DNA of 64,000 nucleotides, from the NCBI GenBank assembly GCA_019704295.1, contig AP024596.1, positions 1,984,001 to 2,048,000 on the forward strand, read 5' to 3'. The notes below the pieces were generated by a model. It saw only the letters and a list, made by a program, of their open reading frames with translations, ran no database searches and was not told where the DNA came from. The DNA is from Sulfolobales archaeon HS-7. GTDB lineage: Archaea; Thermoproteota; Thermoprotei_A; Sulfolobales; Sulfolobaceae. This document shows positions 1 to 10,959 of the stretch, piece after piece; the stretch's first letter is position 1; each line of letters starts with the position of its first letter. The position numbers and the translations under genes are program-made.

Positions 1-33
1 CGTTAACTATCAGCAAAGGCCATTTACTTATGC

Positions 34-408
34 GTGATCGTTATGCCAGCTTATCGAGAGTTCTGGGATCCTGAAATTGAAATAAGATTGCTACTGCACA
101 GAATGGAGGAAATGAGAAAATTAGCTGAGAGATTAAGGAATAACATGTTATATATCGAGGGAGAGGAACCACTCTACTCGTTTCATGAGACCGAAAAAGC
201 CTACGTATTCATAGTGGATGCACCATATTCGAATACGTGTGATATTAGGGCTAAAATTGAGGATAGAAAACTTCTAATCAGTATAACCAAGGGAAATAAC
301 GTTTTATATAGGTTGATCTTATCTTTATCCTCCGATGCCGACACCTCTAAAATTGAGATTGATCGCGTAAAGTGGCTCATACGAATTGTAATTCCCAAAA
401 TTGAATAA
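34..408 (+). CDS. Small heat-shock (Hsp20/alpha-crystallin-like) protein
   Basis: EPLYSFHETEKAYVFIVDAP...LSLSSDADTSKIEIDRVKWLIRIVIPK resembles the alpha-crystallin domain; true start may be ATG at 43. Confidence 0.65.
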   Translation: MIVMPAYREFWDPEIEIRLLLHRMEEMRKLAERLRNNMLYIEGEEPLYSFHETEKAYVFIVDAPYSNTCDIRAKIEDRKLLISITKGNNVLYRLILSLSSDADTSKIEIDRVKWLIRIVIPKIE

Positions 409-502
409 TCCTTATATATCGACTTTCAATAAGACTTCTTCAGAATATAAATACCTTTATAAACAGCGTTAAAGATAATATAAGCTAGATAAGGGAGCTA
501 TT

Positions 503-1489
503 TTGAGGAGTTCAGAACAGACCAAGGAACAGAGGGATATTGAGGCTAGAAAGGTTCAAAAATTGGGTTCATCTTCACTATTTGTTACATTACCGAAGAA
601 ATGGATTAACAAGTGGAATATTAAGCCTGGAGACAAAGTTATTGTTGAGGTCGATTCTAACGGGGTACTAAAACTTGTAGCGGAAAAAATAAAGACCGGC
701 AGTGGCAAAAGAGCTGTTATTATAGACATTGACTCCTCAAAGCAAGACGTGGAAAATATTTTGTTATGCATGTATTCCTTAGGATATGATGAAATAATTC
801 TAGAATCAAAAAAGCCACTATCGCAGGAAGAACTTGAAGAAATAATGGAGGCGATAAAACAGATTAGTGGATTAGAAATTACGGAAATGTTTGGAACCAA
901 AATTAAAATCGAATGTTTACTTGACAGCGATAAAATCGGAGAAGATTCCCTCTTAAGGAGGATGTTAAATATTGTTGCTAAGCAAATAGAAGACGCGTTT
1001 AACTCTAAACAGGATGAAGTTTTATCTCTTGCAGAGGAAATGCATCGTATATACCTTATTTTTTCCCGAAGAATACTAGGGAAATCTAACTATACTGAGT
1101 CACAAAAAGTTAGAGATACGATACTCTACTCAACAGCCTCCTTACTATATCAGTTGTCTAACACTTCAATTCAAATAATTAATTATCTTGATGAACTAAA
1201 AGGACAAGACAAAGAGAGTATAAATCAACTAGTATCAAAGATTAATAATACATTAGATGAAATTGTAATGAGTCTAATATTTCCTAGCGTTAAGCGAATA
1301 AATAACGCAATAGAATTAGTTAGAGAAATCAAGGAAATAGCCAAAGAATATGTATCGAATAAACCATTCTATATTTTCCTCACAAATTTAACTTCTCTAT
1401 TCGAGTTTCACGTGAGAAACTCCTCATGCGTCATGTACTTGGAGGAGTTCCCATGGATGGAGAAACTCATAACCTCAAATAGCTCCTAA
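503..1489 (+). CDS. phoU: Phosphate uptake regulator, AbrB/MazE N-terminal domain plus PhoU domains
   Basis: N-terminal RKVQKLGSSSLFVTLPKKW is typical of archaeal AbrB-PhoU fusions. Confidence 0.8.
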   Translation: MRSSEQTKEQRDIEARKVQKLGSSSLFVTLPKKWINKWNIKPGDKVIVEVDSNGVLKLVAEKIKTGSGKRAVIIDIDSSKQDVENILLCMYSLGYDEIILESKKPLSQEELEEIMEAIKQISGLEITEMFGTKIKIECLLDSDKIGEDSLLRRMLNIVAKQIEDAFNSKQDEVLSLAEEMHRIYLIFSRRILGKSNYTESQKVRDTILYSTASLLYQLSNTSIQIINYLDELKGQDKESINQLVSKINNTLDEIVMSLIFPSVKRINNAIELVREIKEIAKEYVSNKPFYIFLTNLTSLFEFHVRNSSCVMYLEEFPWMEKLITSNSS

Positions 1490-1503
1490 GAGTGTGATAA
1501 GAA

Positions 1504-2244
1504 ATGTCCGAGTTAAAAATAGAAAATTTAACAGTTGAAGTTGAAGGAAAGGTAATTTTGCGTAATGTGAACCTATCTGTAAAGCAGGGTGAGATACACG
1601 CGCTTATGGGTCCTAACGGTTCTGGGAAAACCAGTCTCTCATTAGCCATAATGGGACATCAGAAGTACAAGATAAGAGAGGGCAGAATCCTACTAGACGG
1701 TGAGGATATAACAAACCTTGAGCCGAATGAAAAAGTGAAGAGGGGACTATTTTTGGCTTTTCAAAACCCCGTTGAGATTGATAGCATAAAGCTTTCTACC
1801 CTACTAGTAGCGGAGTACAATGCTTTTTATGGAGAACGAACGACACCACTAGAGGTTCTAAATTACGTGAAATCCTCGGTAAAAAACGTAGGATTAACCG
1901 AATCTATATTAAACCGAGGAGTATTCCAAGGATTTAGCGGCGGGGAAAAGAAGCGGATTGAAATGGCACAGATGCTTCTTCTTAAACCCAAGATATCCAT
2001 CCTTGATGAACCGGATTCTGGAGTAGATGTTGATGGCTTAAAAATTATAGCGGATGCGATAAACAAGCTAAAAGTTGAAAATAATACCGGATATATTATA
2101 ATTACCCACTATAGAAGAATTCTGGATTACGTTAATCCAGACTTAGTTCACGTTTTAAATAAAGGAACGGTTGTAGCGTCTGGAGGAAAAGAGCTTGCCA
2201 GACTAATAGATGAGAAAGGATACGAAGCAGTAATAAAGAACTAA
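1504..2244 (+). CDS. sufC: Fe-S cluster assembly ATPase SufC
   Basis: Walker A GPNGSGKT, FSGGEKKR signature, LDEPDSGVD; upstream of sufB/sufD. Confidence 0.95.
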   Translation: MSELKIENLTVEVEGKVILRNVNLSVKQGEIHALMGPNGSGKTSLSLAIMGHQKYKIREGRILLDGEDITNLEPNEKVKRGLFLAFQNPVEIDSIKLSTLLVAEYNAFYGERTTPLEVLNYVKSSVKNVGLTESILNRGVFQGFSGGEKKRIEMAQMLLLKPKISILDEPDSGVDVDGLKIIADAINKLKVENNTGYIIITHYRRILDYVNPDLVHVLNKGTVVASGGKELARLIDEKGYEAVIKN

Positions 2245-2311
2245 AGTATAATGTTTTTATAATCAACATGCTTAAAAGTTATCTTTAACATAGTTAAAGT
2301 AGTGATGCAGT

Positions 2312-3751
2312 GTGGAAGAGAAGCAGCTAGGCCTTGATCTCAAGGAAATAATTGAGGCGTCGTTAGACGCTAGAGATGAGAGAATTTCGTTACAGGAGTT
2401 CCATAGTAGAGTTGTTAATGCAGGTCTAAGAAGGGACGTAATAGAGGAGATATCGAGAACGAAAAGAGAACCTGAGTGGATGCTTAAGTTAAGGCTTAAA
2501 GGACTTGAACTTTTTGAAAAACTTCCTACCCCTAATTGGCTTCCTGACGTATTAGCCGGACTAGATATTTCATCGATGAACTTATACGTAAAGCCTAATA
2601 CGGGAACAGCCAGGAACTGGGATGAGGTTCCTAACGAAATAAGAAACTACTATGATGAGTTAGGGATAATAAAGTCTGAACAGGATTATCTAGCTGGATT
2701 AGTAGCTCAATTTGAATCAGAACCAATATATGAGAATGTCAAGAAGGAACTAGAGAAAAAGGGAGTAATAATGCTATCAATGGAAAGCGCAGTTCAAAAA
2801 TATCCAGATTTAGTTAAGGAGTATTACATGAGAATTTTCCCTCCATCGGATCATAAATTCGCCGCGTTGCACGCGGCTCTATCTAGTGGCGGAGTCTTTG
2901 TATATGTTCCTAAGAATGTGAGATTAGTAACGCCCATAGAGGGCTTCTTCGTAATAGGAACGCCTCAAGAAGCACAATTTGAACACACGTTAATAGTGGC
3001 AGATGAAAATTCTTCGATTCACTTTATAGAAGGTTGCAGTGCCCCTCGATTATCTAAGGATTCATTCCATGACGGGATGGTAGAGTTATATGCGAAAAGA
3101 AATGCTAGAATAAAGTTCACTACAATACAAAATTGGAGTAAAAACGTAATAAACTTTAATAACAAGAGGGCATGGGCTGACGAAAACGCGACAATTGAGT
3201 GGGTAGAAGGATCCTTAGGCGCGAAAGTAAGTTTAGTTTATCCATCTACAATTCTCAGAGGTGAAGGTGCAACCTCTACCAGTCTGGTTGTAACTATGGC
3301 AGGGAGTCCTGGAGATTGGAAAGATAGCGGTTCTAAGATGATCCATTCAGCGCCTAACACCAAATCTAAAGTAGTTAACAAGAATATAGGATTTAATGGA
3401 GGAGTTAACGTGTATAGAGGTCTAATAAGAGTGAATAAAGGGGCAACAGCAGCTAGGGCTTACGTTAAGTGTGACTCGTTAATGCTTGATGATATAACTA
3501 AGGCTTATACTTTTCCCCATAACGAGGTTATGGAGGAGGACGCAGACGTTGCGCACGAAGCACACACTTTAAGGATGAATGAAGAACAACTTTTCTATCT
3601 TAAGGTAAGAGGAATTGATGAAAAGGAAGCCACGTCTATGTTAGTACTAGGCTTTATTGATGATATCATGCGCGAGCTTCCGTTTGAGTACGCTACTATG
3701 TTAAATCAAGTGATAAAATTGGAACTAGAAAAATTAGGCGCTGTGGCTTAA
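2312..3751 (+). CDS. sufB: Fe-S cluster assembly protein SufB
   Basis: EPEWMLKLRLK, QFEHTLIVADE, FIEGCSAP, CDSLMLD, AHEA motifs. Confidence 0.95.
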   Translation: MEEKQLGLDLKEIIEASLDARDERISLQEFHSRVVNAGLRRDVIEEISRTKREPEWMLKLRLKGLELFEKLPTPNWLPDVLAGLDISSMNLYVKPNTGTARNWDEVPNEIRNYYDELGIIKSEQDYLAGLVAQFESEPIYENVKKELEKKGVIMLSMESAVQKYPDLVKEYYMRIFPPSDHKFAALHAALSSGGVFVYVPKNVRLVTPIEGFFVIGTPQEAQFEHTLIVADENSSIHFIEGCSAPRLSKDSFHDGMVELYAKRNARIKFTTIQNWSKNVINFNNKRAWADENATIEWVEGSLGAKVSLVYPSTILRGEGATSTSLVVTMAGSPGDWKDSGSKMIHSAPNTKSKVVNKNIGFNGGVNVYRGLIRVNKGATAARAYVKCDSLMLDDITKAYTFPHNEVMEEDADVAHEAHTLRMNEEQLFYLKVRGIDEKEATSMLVLGFIDDIMRELPFEYATMLNQVIKLELEKLGAVA

Positions 3752-3762
3752 AGGGGTTTTTT

Positions 3763-4902
3763 TTGGGAGTAATAGGAAAGGATTACTTTCTAGAAGGGGT
3801 AAAGAGATTCAAAACTAAAGACCAGCGATTTAAGCTATATGAGCTCTTTGAAAGAGTTCCATACCAGCTAATAAACGATAGTCCGACGACTAAACATTAC
3901 ACCGACTGGACACTATATGATAAGGCAGATCTTCACTTATTACCTTCTAGTGCAGAGGAGGTTAAGATAGGATACGAGAACGCTTACAGCAATGTTATAC
4001 GTATAGTAAATGGCAGTGTAAGTGGGAATATACCTTATTTTGACGAACCTGATAATGCTTTTTTAAATGAACCATCTAAATTGGATTACTTAACACTGGC
4101 GTCGGCATATAAGATTAGAGTAACTAAACCAGGTATATACGCTATTTATAACATAAATAAAGAGAATAAGCTCTTATCCCCAATTAATGTAGAGCTTTCG
4201 CTGGAAAGTGGAAAAGCCGAAATAGTTTATATTAGTGATAGTGCTGGAGGCATGAATTCGGCTATAATAGGGGGAGAAGTAGGAAAAGGTGCAGAACTTG
4301 ATGTAAGGATAGTTATCTCGGGAAACAACGGATTAGACTATCTAAGAAATAACCTGTTAATATATGGAAAATCGAATTTCAATATTTTTTCTACTGGAAC
4401 AAGGATGTCACATGTAAAATGTTCGTTCTTTCTATACGATTGGGGAACTTCAAATTTTAGCGCTAGGGCTTTTAGTATAGAGGATAATAAGATTGACATA
4501 AGTATTGATACCACACATCTGGGGATCAACAGTCAAAGTAACGGCCTACTGAAGGGTGCGTCTGCGGAAAGAGGCTATACTTCAATAAGAGGAATTGCAT
4601 CAATAACAGAGAAGGCCTTTGACTCCTCGACTTCAATTATAGGTCGTTCACTAATTCTCCATAACTCGGCAAAAGCCGTGGTAACCCCTATGCTTGAGGT
4701 GAAAACAGGGCGAGTAAGAGAAGCTAGACACTCCGCCTCAATATCTAGAGTAAATGACGAATACATCTTTTATCTTCAGAATAGGGGCTTCGCAAAGCAT
4801 TATGCTGAAAGTCTTATAATTAGAGGATTCCTGATCGAGGATGCTGACATTGAAGAAGTGAAGCAGATAATTATGGAATCACTTACTAAAATAGGTTATT
4901 AA
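3763..4902 (+). CDS. sufD: Fe-S cluster assembly protein SufD
   Basis: C-terminal PMLEV..ARHSAS..FYLQNRG; third gene of the suf operon. Confidence 0.85.
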   Translation: MGVIGKDYFLEGVKRFKTKDQRFKLYELFERVPYQLINDSPTTKHYTDWTLYDKADLHLLPSSAEEVKIGYENAYSNVIRIVNGSVSGNIPYFDEPDNAFLNEPSKLDYLTLASAYKIRVTKPGIYAIYNINKENKLLSPINVELSLESGKAEIVYISDSAGGMNSAIIGGEVGKGAELDVRIVISGNNGLDYLRNNLLIYGKSNFNIFSTGTRMSHVKCSFFLYDWGTSNFSARAFSIEDNKIDISIDTTHLGINSQSNGLLKGASAERGYTSIRGIASITEKAFDSSTSIIGRSLILHNSAKAVVTPMLEVKTGRVREARHSASISRVNDEYIFYLQNRGFAKHYAESLIIRGFLIEDADIEEVKQIIMESLTKIGY

Positions 4903-4980
4903 TAATAAGTCCATTTATTTATACGTATATGTGAAAAATATTAGTAAAATCTTAAAAGGATGATCAACAAAATAATTCTC

Positions 4981-5054
4981 GCCGCTGTAGCTCAGCTCGG
5001 TAGAGCGCCGGCCTTGTAAGCCGGTGGTCGTGGGTTCAAACCCCACCGGCGGCT
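4981..5054 (+). tRNA. tRNA-Thr(TGT), intronless
   Basis: Acceptor GCCGCTG/CCGGCGGC, anticodon arm CCGGC-CT-TGT-AA-GCCGG, T-loop GGTTCAAA; TATA-like CTTAAAA about 30 nt upstream. Confidence 0.95.
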
Positions 5055-5105
5055 TATAATTATGTATGACAAAACATAATTATTACTCAAGCAACAACTT
5101 TAGCC

Positions 5106-5867
5106 ATGGAGTCCATAATACTCTTCTCATTAATAGTAGTTATATTACTTATATTGCCTGTTGCGATAATAGTGTTTTACGGGTTCGCCGTATATCATTC
5201 TGTGTCAGCCTTTAGTAAAATGGTATATCGTTCTATCTCGCTTACTCTGGCTAGTTCGTTTTTAACCGGCGTTATAACTGTGGTTTTATTCACGCCACTG
5301 GCCTATTTCCTCTCAAGAACAAAAAGCTTCGCGTTGGATACTTTAGTAGACTTACCAGTATCTGTTCCTCATCCGATAATAGGTATAGGACTCCTTTTAC
5401 TCGACAGTCCAGTGACGCCTATTGGTAGATTTTTGCTTTCAATAGGTATCAATTTCTTTGACACATTGACTGGTCTTATCGCTGCACTAATACTCGTCTC
5501 TGCTCCAATATACATAAGGAGTATCCAGACGTATTTTGAAGGCATTAACATAGATAGAGAAATATACGCGATGGGTTTAGGTCTTTCTAAATTTAAAATA
5601 CTTTGGAAAATTATAGTACCAACTTCAATTCGTCAAATAGTTAGTTCGTGCTTAATATCGGTTGGAAGGGCCATGAGCGAGTTTGGATCTATTGCTATTG
5701 TTGCGTTTTACATAATTTCACCACCATTTAAAGGTACCGAACCTGCTTCAATATTAATCTATGAAGATTACGGGTATTATGGTCCTGAAATAGCGGTAAC
5801 GATCTCCGCATTACTTATCATCGTAGCAATTCCGATAATGATTACAGCGAGAATAATAACCAGGTGA
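5106..5867 (+). CDS. ABC transporter permease, molybdate/tungstate/sulfate type
   Basis: Multiple TM helices, DLPVSVPHPIIGIGLL and GRAMSEFGS motifs of the ModB/WtpB/CysT class. Confidence 0.8.
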   Translation: MESIILFSLIVVILLILPVAIIVFYGFAVYHSVSAFSKMVYRSISLTLASSFLTGVITVVLFTPLAYFLSRTKSFALDTLVDLPVSVPHPIIGIGLLLLDSPVTPIGRFLLSIGINFFDTLTGLIAALILVSAPIYIRSIQTYFEGINIDREIYAMGLGLSKFKILWKIIVPTSIRQIVSSCLISVGRAMSEFGSIAIVAFYIISPPFKGTEPASILIYEDYGYYGPEIAVTISALLIIVAIPIMITARIITR

Positions 5868-6118
5868 CTTACTTCTTCATATCTAAGCAGATATTCAAGC
5901 TTAGAACCTTTATAATCATGTCTGTATTCTATAAGAGTCTTAAGTGTAGTGCAAGGATGGGAGATTTAGGCTAGCTAAGCGAAAAGGACTTCTATGTGAA
6001 AAGCGTTTCGTTAGGAATACCTTAAGCTTAAATCCGACTCTTCCTCTTCATACTTTGGTATCCCCCACGCAATTAGTGGGCTTAGTTTTTTTATATTTTT
6101 ACCCAACTAGTAATTAGG

Positions 6119-6212
<94 letters not shown>

Positions 6213-6319
6213 TTAAATATTAATTGATTCGAGGTTAGCTAATTATAAATCAGGGTATACTCTTCTCTAGCGTTTATTTACGATTTAATTTAAATATTTC
6301 CCTTGTCTCATTCTACATT

Positions 6320-7030
6320 ATGCGATTTACGGTCGTCATTTCAATAATTCTAGTAATAATTGCTACATTAGGTGGATTATTCTTAGCTGAAGATTTAAGT
6401 ATAAAAGTAACGATATCGCCGATAGGCTACTTATACTACTTTACTCAACCGCCATATCTTATTTTTAACGTTAGTATTGTAAACGGTTTATTACCTTTCG
6501 GTGGTACCATAAATATATGCTCCTTTCAGTTTTACAAGGTAGTAAATACTACTACGTTTCATATATCATCTTATTCAAAATATCATACCATAGTATGGAT
6601 AAAGTATCCTAAGTTTGTGTACTCATATATTACAACTCTTATAAAGGCGAGAGGTACAGGGATGTATAGTTGGTCTTATAATAGCGTTCCAATAACTGTA
6701 TCATACGGTCCTATACCTACGTTTTCAGTAATTTCCTCTCCGTCTAACCCTGCTGTTTCTCCAATCTTACAACAATTAGGAATAATGAATAAATCGTCTC
6801 TAATTACGTTAATAGTCTCACTTCAAATCAATAATTATACGTATTATGCAACTCATAATTATCGAATGGCGGTTTATGTAAAAACTCCTGAATTAACTCA
6901 AGTTTTCTCATCATCAGTCAGTAATATGAAAAGTAACAGCGTGTTATTTTTACCGAATAGTTCAGTAGTAATAGTATCTTTGATAGGAAGCAATACGTTT
7001 AATTCTACGTATTACATTTCTTTCGTTTAA
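6320..7030 (+). CDS. Hypothetical membrane-anchored/secreted protein
   Basis: N-terminal hydrophobic helix, S/T/Y/N-rich, several N-x-S/T sequons. Confidence 0.65.
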   Translation: MRFTVVISIILVIIATLGGLFLAEDLSIKVTISPIGYLYYFTQPPYLIFNVSIVNGLLPFGGTINICSFQFYKVVNTTTFHISSYSKYHTIVWIKYPKFVYSYITTLIKARGTGMYSWSYNSVPITVSYGPIPTFSVISSPSNPAVSPILQQLGIMNKSSLITLIVSLQINNYTYYATHNYRMAVYVKTPELTQVFSSSVSNMKSNSVLFLPNSSVVIVSLIGSNTFNSTYYISFV

Positions 7031-7092
7031 CTGTCTCTCTATGGATCAAAAGTATAGTTTCATATATATTTTTCAAATGGTAAGTCTTACTT

Positions 7093-7224
7093 ATGCGAAC
7101 ATTAAGCGTTAAGTTGTCAGAAGAATTAGCTGAAAAGCTAGACGTATACGTTATGAATAAAGGTATAAGTAGGAGTTCTGCAATAAGAGATGCTATACTT
7201 CAATATATTAAGGAGGGCAGTTAA
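7093..7224 (+). CDS. Ribbon-helix-helix (CopG/MetJ/Arc) DNA-binding protein, 43 aa; not in ORF track
   Basis: Hand translation MRTLSVKLSEELAEKLDVYVMNKGISRSSAIRDAILQYIKEGS; alternating beta strand plus SRS..IR helix. Confidence 0.85.
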   Translation: MRTLSVKLSEELAEKLDVYVMNKGISRSSAIRDAILQYIKEGS

Positions 7225-7232
7225 GAGTTTCT

Positions 7233-7574
7233 ATGAGACTCTCCGATATCATAAAGGATCAAAAGTATAAGACTATACTATATTACGCGGAGACTGAGGC
7301 TGAACTTCTTGGGAGTAAATTTGTAATAATCGGTGCGTTAGATACTGAGTTTATCGTTAGGCTCAATCCGTACACCTCGGAAATAGAGAAAGTATACGAG
7401 AGGCGGCCTTTATCTGATAATCAAAAAGCTAGTAAGGGGAAGATAATAACTACAATAGTTAATGGAAACGAGATGTGGGCTATATATGAACTCGACACTT
7501 TGCCAGATATACCTGGAGAACTCATTAAGTACGTAATGGTGGATAAGGGTGAGCTTGAGGAAATTCTCGATTAA
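7233..7574 (+). CDS. Hypothetical protein
   Basis: 113-aa ORF 8 nt after the RHH gene with GGAGG upstream; overlaps the helicase start. Confidence 0.65.
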   Translation: MRLSDIIKDQKYKTILYYAETEAELLGSKFVIIGALDTEFIVRLNPYTSEIEKVYERRPLSDNQKASKGKIITTIVNGNEMWAIYELDTLPDIPGELIKYVMVDKGELEEILD

Positions 7575-9162
7575 TGATCGAGTTTCTGACGCTCTTATTA
7601 GCGATATCATGAAATTTTCCAGGTATTTAGGGAGAGAACTGAGGAAGAAAATCTTCGTCATAGATACTGCGAAAGCAAAACAAAATCAAGTAAGCGCAGA
7701 ACATATCAAGGGTATACTAGCAAGGGTCGGCATTACAATACCAGAGAAAGTTTTTAATGAAATGAAAGATGAGATTGAGGGGAATTTTAATGCATTAGTA
7801 TGGAGCAAGGGAAATCACATTATCATAAAACCATATGCAGATCTATCTGCTGTCATATACACACTAAACGAATTATGTAAACATAACATGTTATTAGATA
7901 TATATATATGTGATAATTTCAGATATAGTGATTTAATCGAGTTATTTAAACAAAAAAATATACATATAAGTAACAAAATTCGATTACGTTTACATACGTT
8001 AGATGCTCATTTTTTAGGAAACTTAAGAGAATATCAAATTCAAGCCTTAGAACGCTGGAAGGCTAACGGTTCAAGGGGCGTAATATCTTTGCCAACGGGA
8101 ACGGGTAAAACCATAATAGGGGCTGCAGCTATTAGCGAACTGAATATACCTACTGTTATTATTGGTTATACTTTAGAGCAACTTAGACAATGGGAGAATT
8201 TGCTCAGGCAACATCTAGGAGGTCAGTATGTTTTCGGATATCTTTACGGGAGAAGCAAAACCTTAGGCGATATTGTTTTAGCGACATATCAAAGCGCATT
8301 TAGGAACTTTATGCTTCTAAAAGATTATCCCTTTCTTATCGTTGACGAAGTTCATCATTTGCCGGCGGAGAAGTTTCGATTCATAGCCACAAACGCCCTT
8401 GCTCCATTTAGATTAGGACTGTCTGCAACGCCCTTCAGAGATGATGGAATGCATACATTTCTTTTTGAGATAATGGGTGGTTTAGTATATTATAAAGATC
8501 CAGAAGAACTTAAGGATTATTTAGCTCATTACGAGAGTAAAACAATCAAGATTTCACTAACCGAAGAAGAACGTATTCGTTATCTAGCCCTTCTAAAGGA
8601 GATTAGAGAAGCAAGTAAGGGCAGGACTCTGGGAAAATTACTTCAAGATGCAAGGAAAAAAGACCCTTCTGCCATTTACGCTTTAAAAATTAGTACAGAA
8701 ATCAGGGAATTCGTAGGTTTGGTTAGAAAAAAACAGGACCTATGCAAGCTCATACTTCAGGAGGAATTGGAAAGAGGTAGTAAAGTAATCATATTTACTC
8801 AATACGTTGACCATGCAAGAAGATTATCCGAACTTTTAAACGTGGATTATATAACTGGCAAAACGTCACGAAAAGAAAGGGAAAAAAGGCTAGAGAAGTT
8901 CAGACAGGCTAAGAGCGCAGGAATTATACTTACAACTATTGGAGATGAAGGACTTGATATACCTGACGTAAATGTAGGAATAATTGTTTCAGGAACTAGT
9001 TCTAAGAGGCAGTATGTTCAGCGACTTGGACGAGTAATCAGGAAAAATGGAGATAAAAGAGCGATATTATACGAACTTATAGCTAAAGGGACGTTCGAAG
9101 AATATCAGGCTAAAAAAAGAAAAAGGGTCTCTCTAGACGAAATGTTTTACTTCGGAGATTAA
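7549..9162 (+). CDS. XPB/Rad25-like superfamily 2 helicase
   Basis: LREYQ, PTGTGKT, DEVHH, LGLSATPFRDD, EGLDIPD, QRLGRVIR. Confidence 0.88.
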   Translation: MSLRKFSINDRVSDALISDIMKFSRYLGRELRKKIFVIDTAKAKQNQVSAEHIKGILARVGITIPEKVFNEMKDEIEGNFNALVWSKGNHIIIKPYADLSAVIYTLNELCKHNMLLDIYICDNFRYSDLIELFKQKNIHISNKIRLRLHTLDAHFLGNLREYQIQALERWKANGSRGVISLPTGTGKTIIGAAAISELNIPTVIIGYTLEQLRQWENLLRQHLGGQYVFGYLYGRSKTLGDIVLATYQSAFRNFMLLKDYPFLIVDEVHHLPAEKFRFIATNALAPFRLGLSATPFRDDGMHTFLFEIMGGLVYYKDPEELKDYLAHYESKTIKISLTEEERIRYLALLKEIREASKGRTLGKLLQDARKKDPSAIYALKISTEIREFVGLVRKKQDLCKLILQEELERGSKVIIFTQYVDHARRLSELLNVDYITGKTSRKEREKRLEKFRQAKSAGIILTTIGDEGLDIPDVNVGIIVSGTSSKRQYVQRLGRVIRKNGDKRAILYELIAKGTFEEYQAKKRKRVSLDEMFYFGD

Positions 9163-9254
9163 GTATGTATTAATATCATAACAGTATCCGTTAAATATCG
9201 ATTCGAAAGTTTTTTATAGAAGTGTTCCTAGATGTTTTTAGACGGTGATTTGGA

Positions 9255-10940
9255 ATGTCGGCTGGTGGAATACCTGTTCTCCTTCTTAAAGAGGGTACAT
9301 CAAGAAACACAGGAAGGGATGCAATAAAGAATAACATAGTAGCTGCATCTACATTAGCTGAAATGTTAAGAACAAGTCTAGGTCCAAAAGGATTAGACAA
9401 GATGTTAATTGATAGTTTTGGAGATGTAACAATTACTAATGACGGTGCAACAATAGTAAAAGAGATGGAAATCCAACATCCTGCAGCTAAGCTCCTGGTG
9501 GAAACAGCCAAGGCTACAGACGCAGAAGTTGGAGACGGTACTACAACTTCCGTAGTATTAGCGGGGTTACTTCTTCAGAAAGCAGAGTCTTTATTGGATC
9601 AGAATATACACCCAACAATAATTATAGAAGGCTACAAGAAAGCTCAAGCTAAATCCCTAGAGCTTTTAAGGCAAATAGCAACAAAAGTTGATATATCTGA
9701 TCTAAATTCGCCAACTACTAGGGTAGAGTTAAAGAAGGTACTTTACACTACAATGGCAAGTAAGTTTATGGCAGGGGAAGGAGTATCGTTTGATAAGTTA
9801 ATGGACATTATGGTTGATGCTGTAGTTACTGTCGCAGATCCTATGCCAACTGGAGGATTTAATGTAAGTCTGGATAATGTAAAGATTGACAAGAAAAAAG
9901 GCGGTACAATAGAAGATTCCATGCTAATTCATGGGTTGGTATTAGATAAGGAAGTAGTTCATCCTGGAATGCCGAGGAGAGTGGAAAAAGCTAAAATAGC
10001 GGTTTTGGACGCTGCTTTAGAGGTCGAAAAGCCCGAAATCAGTGCAAAAATCAGTATAACAAGTCCTGAGCAAATAAAGGCGTTCCTGGATGAGGAGGCT
10101 AACTACCTCAAGAAGATGGTAGATAAATTAGCCTCAATAGGGGCAAATGTTGTTGTTTGCCAGAAGGGAATCGACGATGTCGCGCAACACTTTCTCGCAA
10201 AGAAGGGGATTCTTGCCGTTAGAAGAGTTAAGAGAAGCGATATCGAGAAACTAGAAAGAGCATTAGGCGCTAAGATAATAAGCAGCATTGAAAACGCTAC
10301 TGCTGAGGATCTAGGTTATGCAGAATTGGTCGAGGAAAGAAAGGTGGGCAATGACAAGATGGTGTTTATCGAAGGAGCAAAGAATCCGAAGGCAGTTAAC
10401 ATTTTAATTAGGGGATCTAACGACATGGCACTTGATGAGGCTGAGAGGAGTATAAATGACGGACTCCACTCACTGAGAAACATATTAAGAGATCCATATA
10501 CATTGCCTGGAGGAGGTGCGACTGAGGTCGAACTTGCCACCAGATTAAGAGAGTACGCGAAATCCGTTGGCGGAAAGGAACAACTTGCTATAGAGGCCTA
10601 TGCAGACGCTCTGGAGGAGATAGCGAACGTTCTTATCGAAACTGCAGGTCTCGACTCTATCTCAACTTTGATGGAGCTTAGGAGCAAGCATGCTTCAGGT
10701 CACGTTAATGCAGGTGTAGATGTGATAAACGGGAAGATAATGGACGATATGTATAAGATAAATGTTGTCGATGCGATAAGGGTTAAGGAACAAGTAATAA
10801 AGGGTGCTACAGAAGCGGCTACTGCTATAATGAAAATTGACGATATAATTGCAGCGGCTCCTCCAAAAGCAGGCGAAAAGAAAGGAGGTAGCGAAGGTCC
10901 TGAAGGAATGCCCGGCGCAGGAATGGGAGGACTAGACTAA
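9255..10940 (+). CDS. thsA: Thermosome (group II chaperonin) subunit alpha
   Basis: [44 protein letters not shown]; alpha-type N-terminus; T-rich terminator follows. Confidence 0.93.
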   Translation: MSAGGIPVLLLKEGTSRNTGRDAIKNNIVAASTLAEMLRTSLGPKGLDKMLIDSFGDVTITNDGATIVKEMEIQHPAAKLLVETAKATDAEVGDGTTTSVVLAGLLLQKAESLLDQNIHPTIIIEGYKKAQAKSLELLRQIATKVDISDLNSPTTRVELKKVLYTTMASKFMAGEGVSFDKLMDIMVDAVVTVADPMPTGGFNVSLDNVKIDKKKGGTIEDSMLIHGLVLDKEVVHPGMPRRVEKAKIAVLDAALEVEKPEISAKISITSPEQIKAFLDEEANYLKKMVDKLASIGANVVVCQKGIDDVAQHFLAKKGILAVRRVKRSDIEKLERALGAKIISSIENATAEDLGYAELVEERKVGNDKMVFIEGAKNPKAVNILIRGSNDMALDEAERSINDGLHSLRNILRDPYTLPGGGATEVELATRLREYAKSVGGKEQLAIEAYADALEEIANVLIETAGLDSISTLMELRSKHASGHVNAGVDVINGKIMDDMYKINVVDAIRVKEQVIKGATEAATAIMKIDDIIAAAPPKAGEKKGGSEGPEGMPGAGMGGLD

Positions 10941-10959
10941 TAATATACTTTTTTACTTT

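Noticed and set aside
7093-7224. Calling the RHH protein the cell-cycle regulator aCcr1
   Set aside because: Only generic RHH similarity; it is shorter and lacks the C-terminal tail I recall for that protein.
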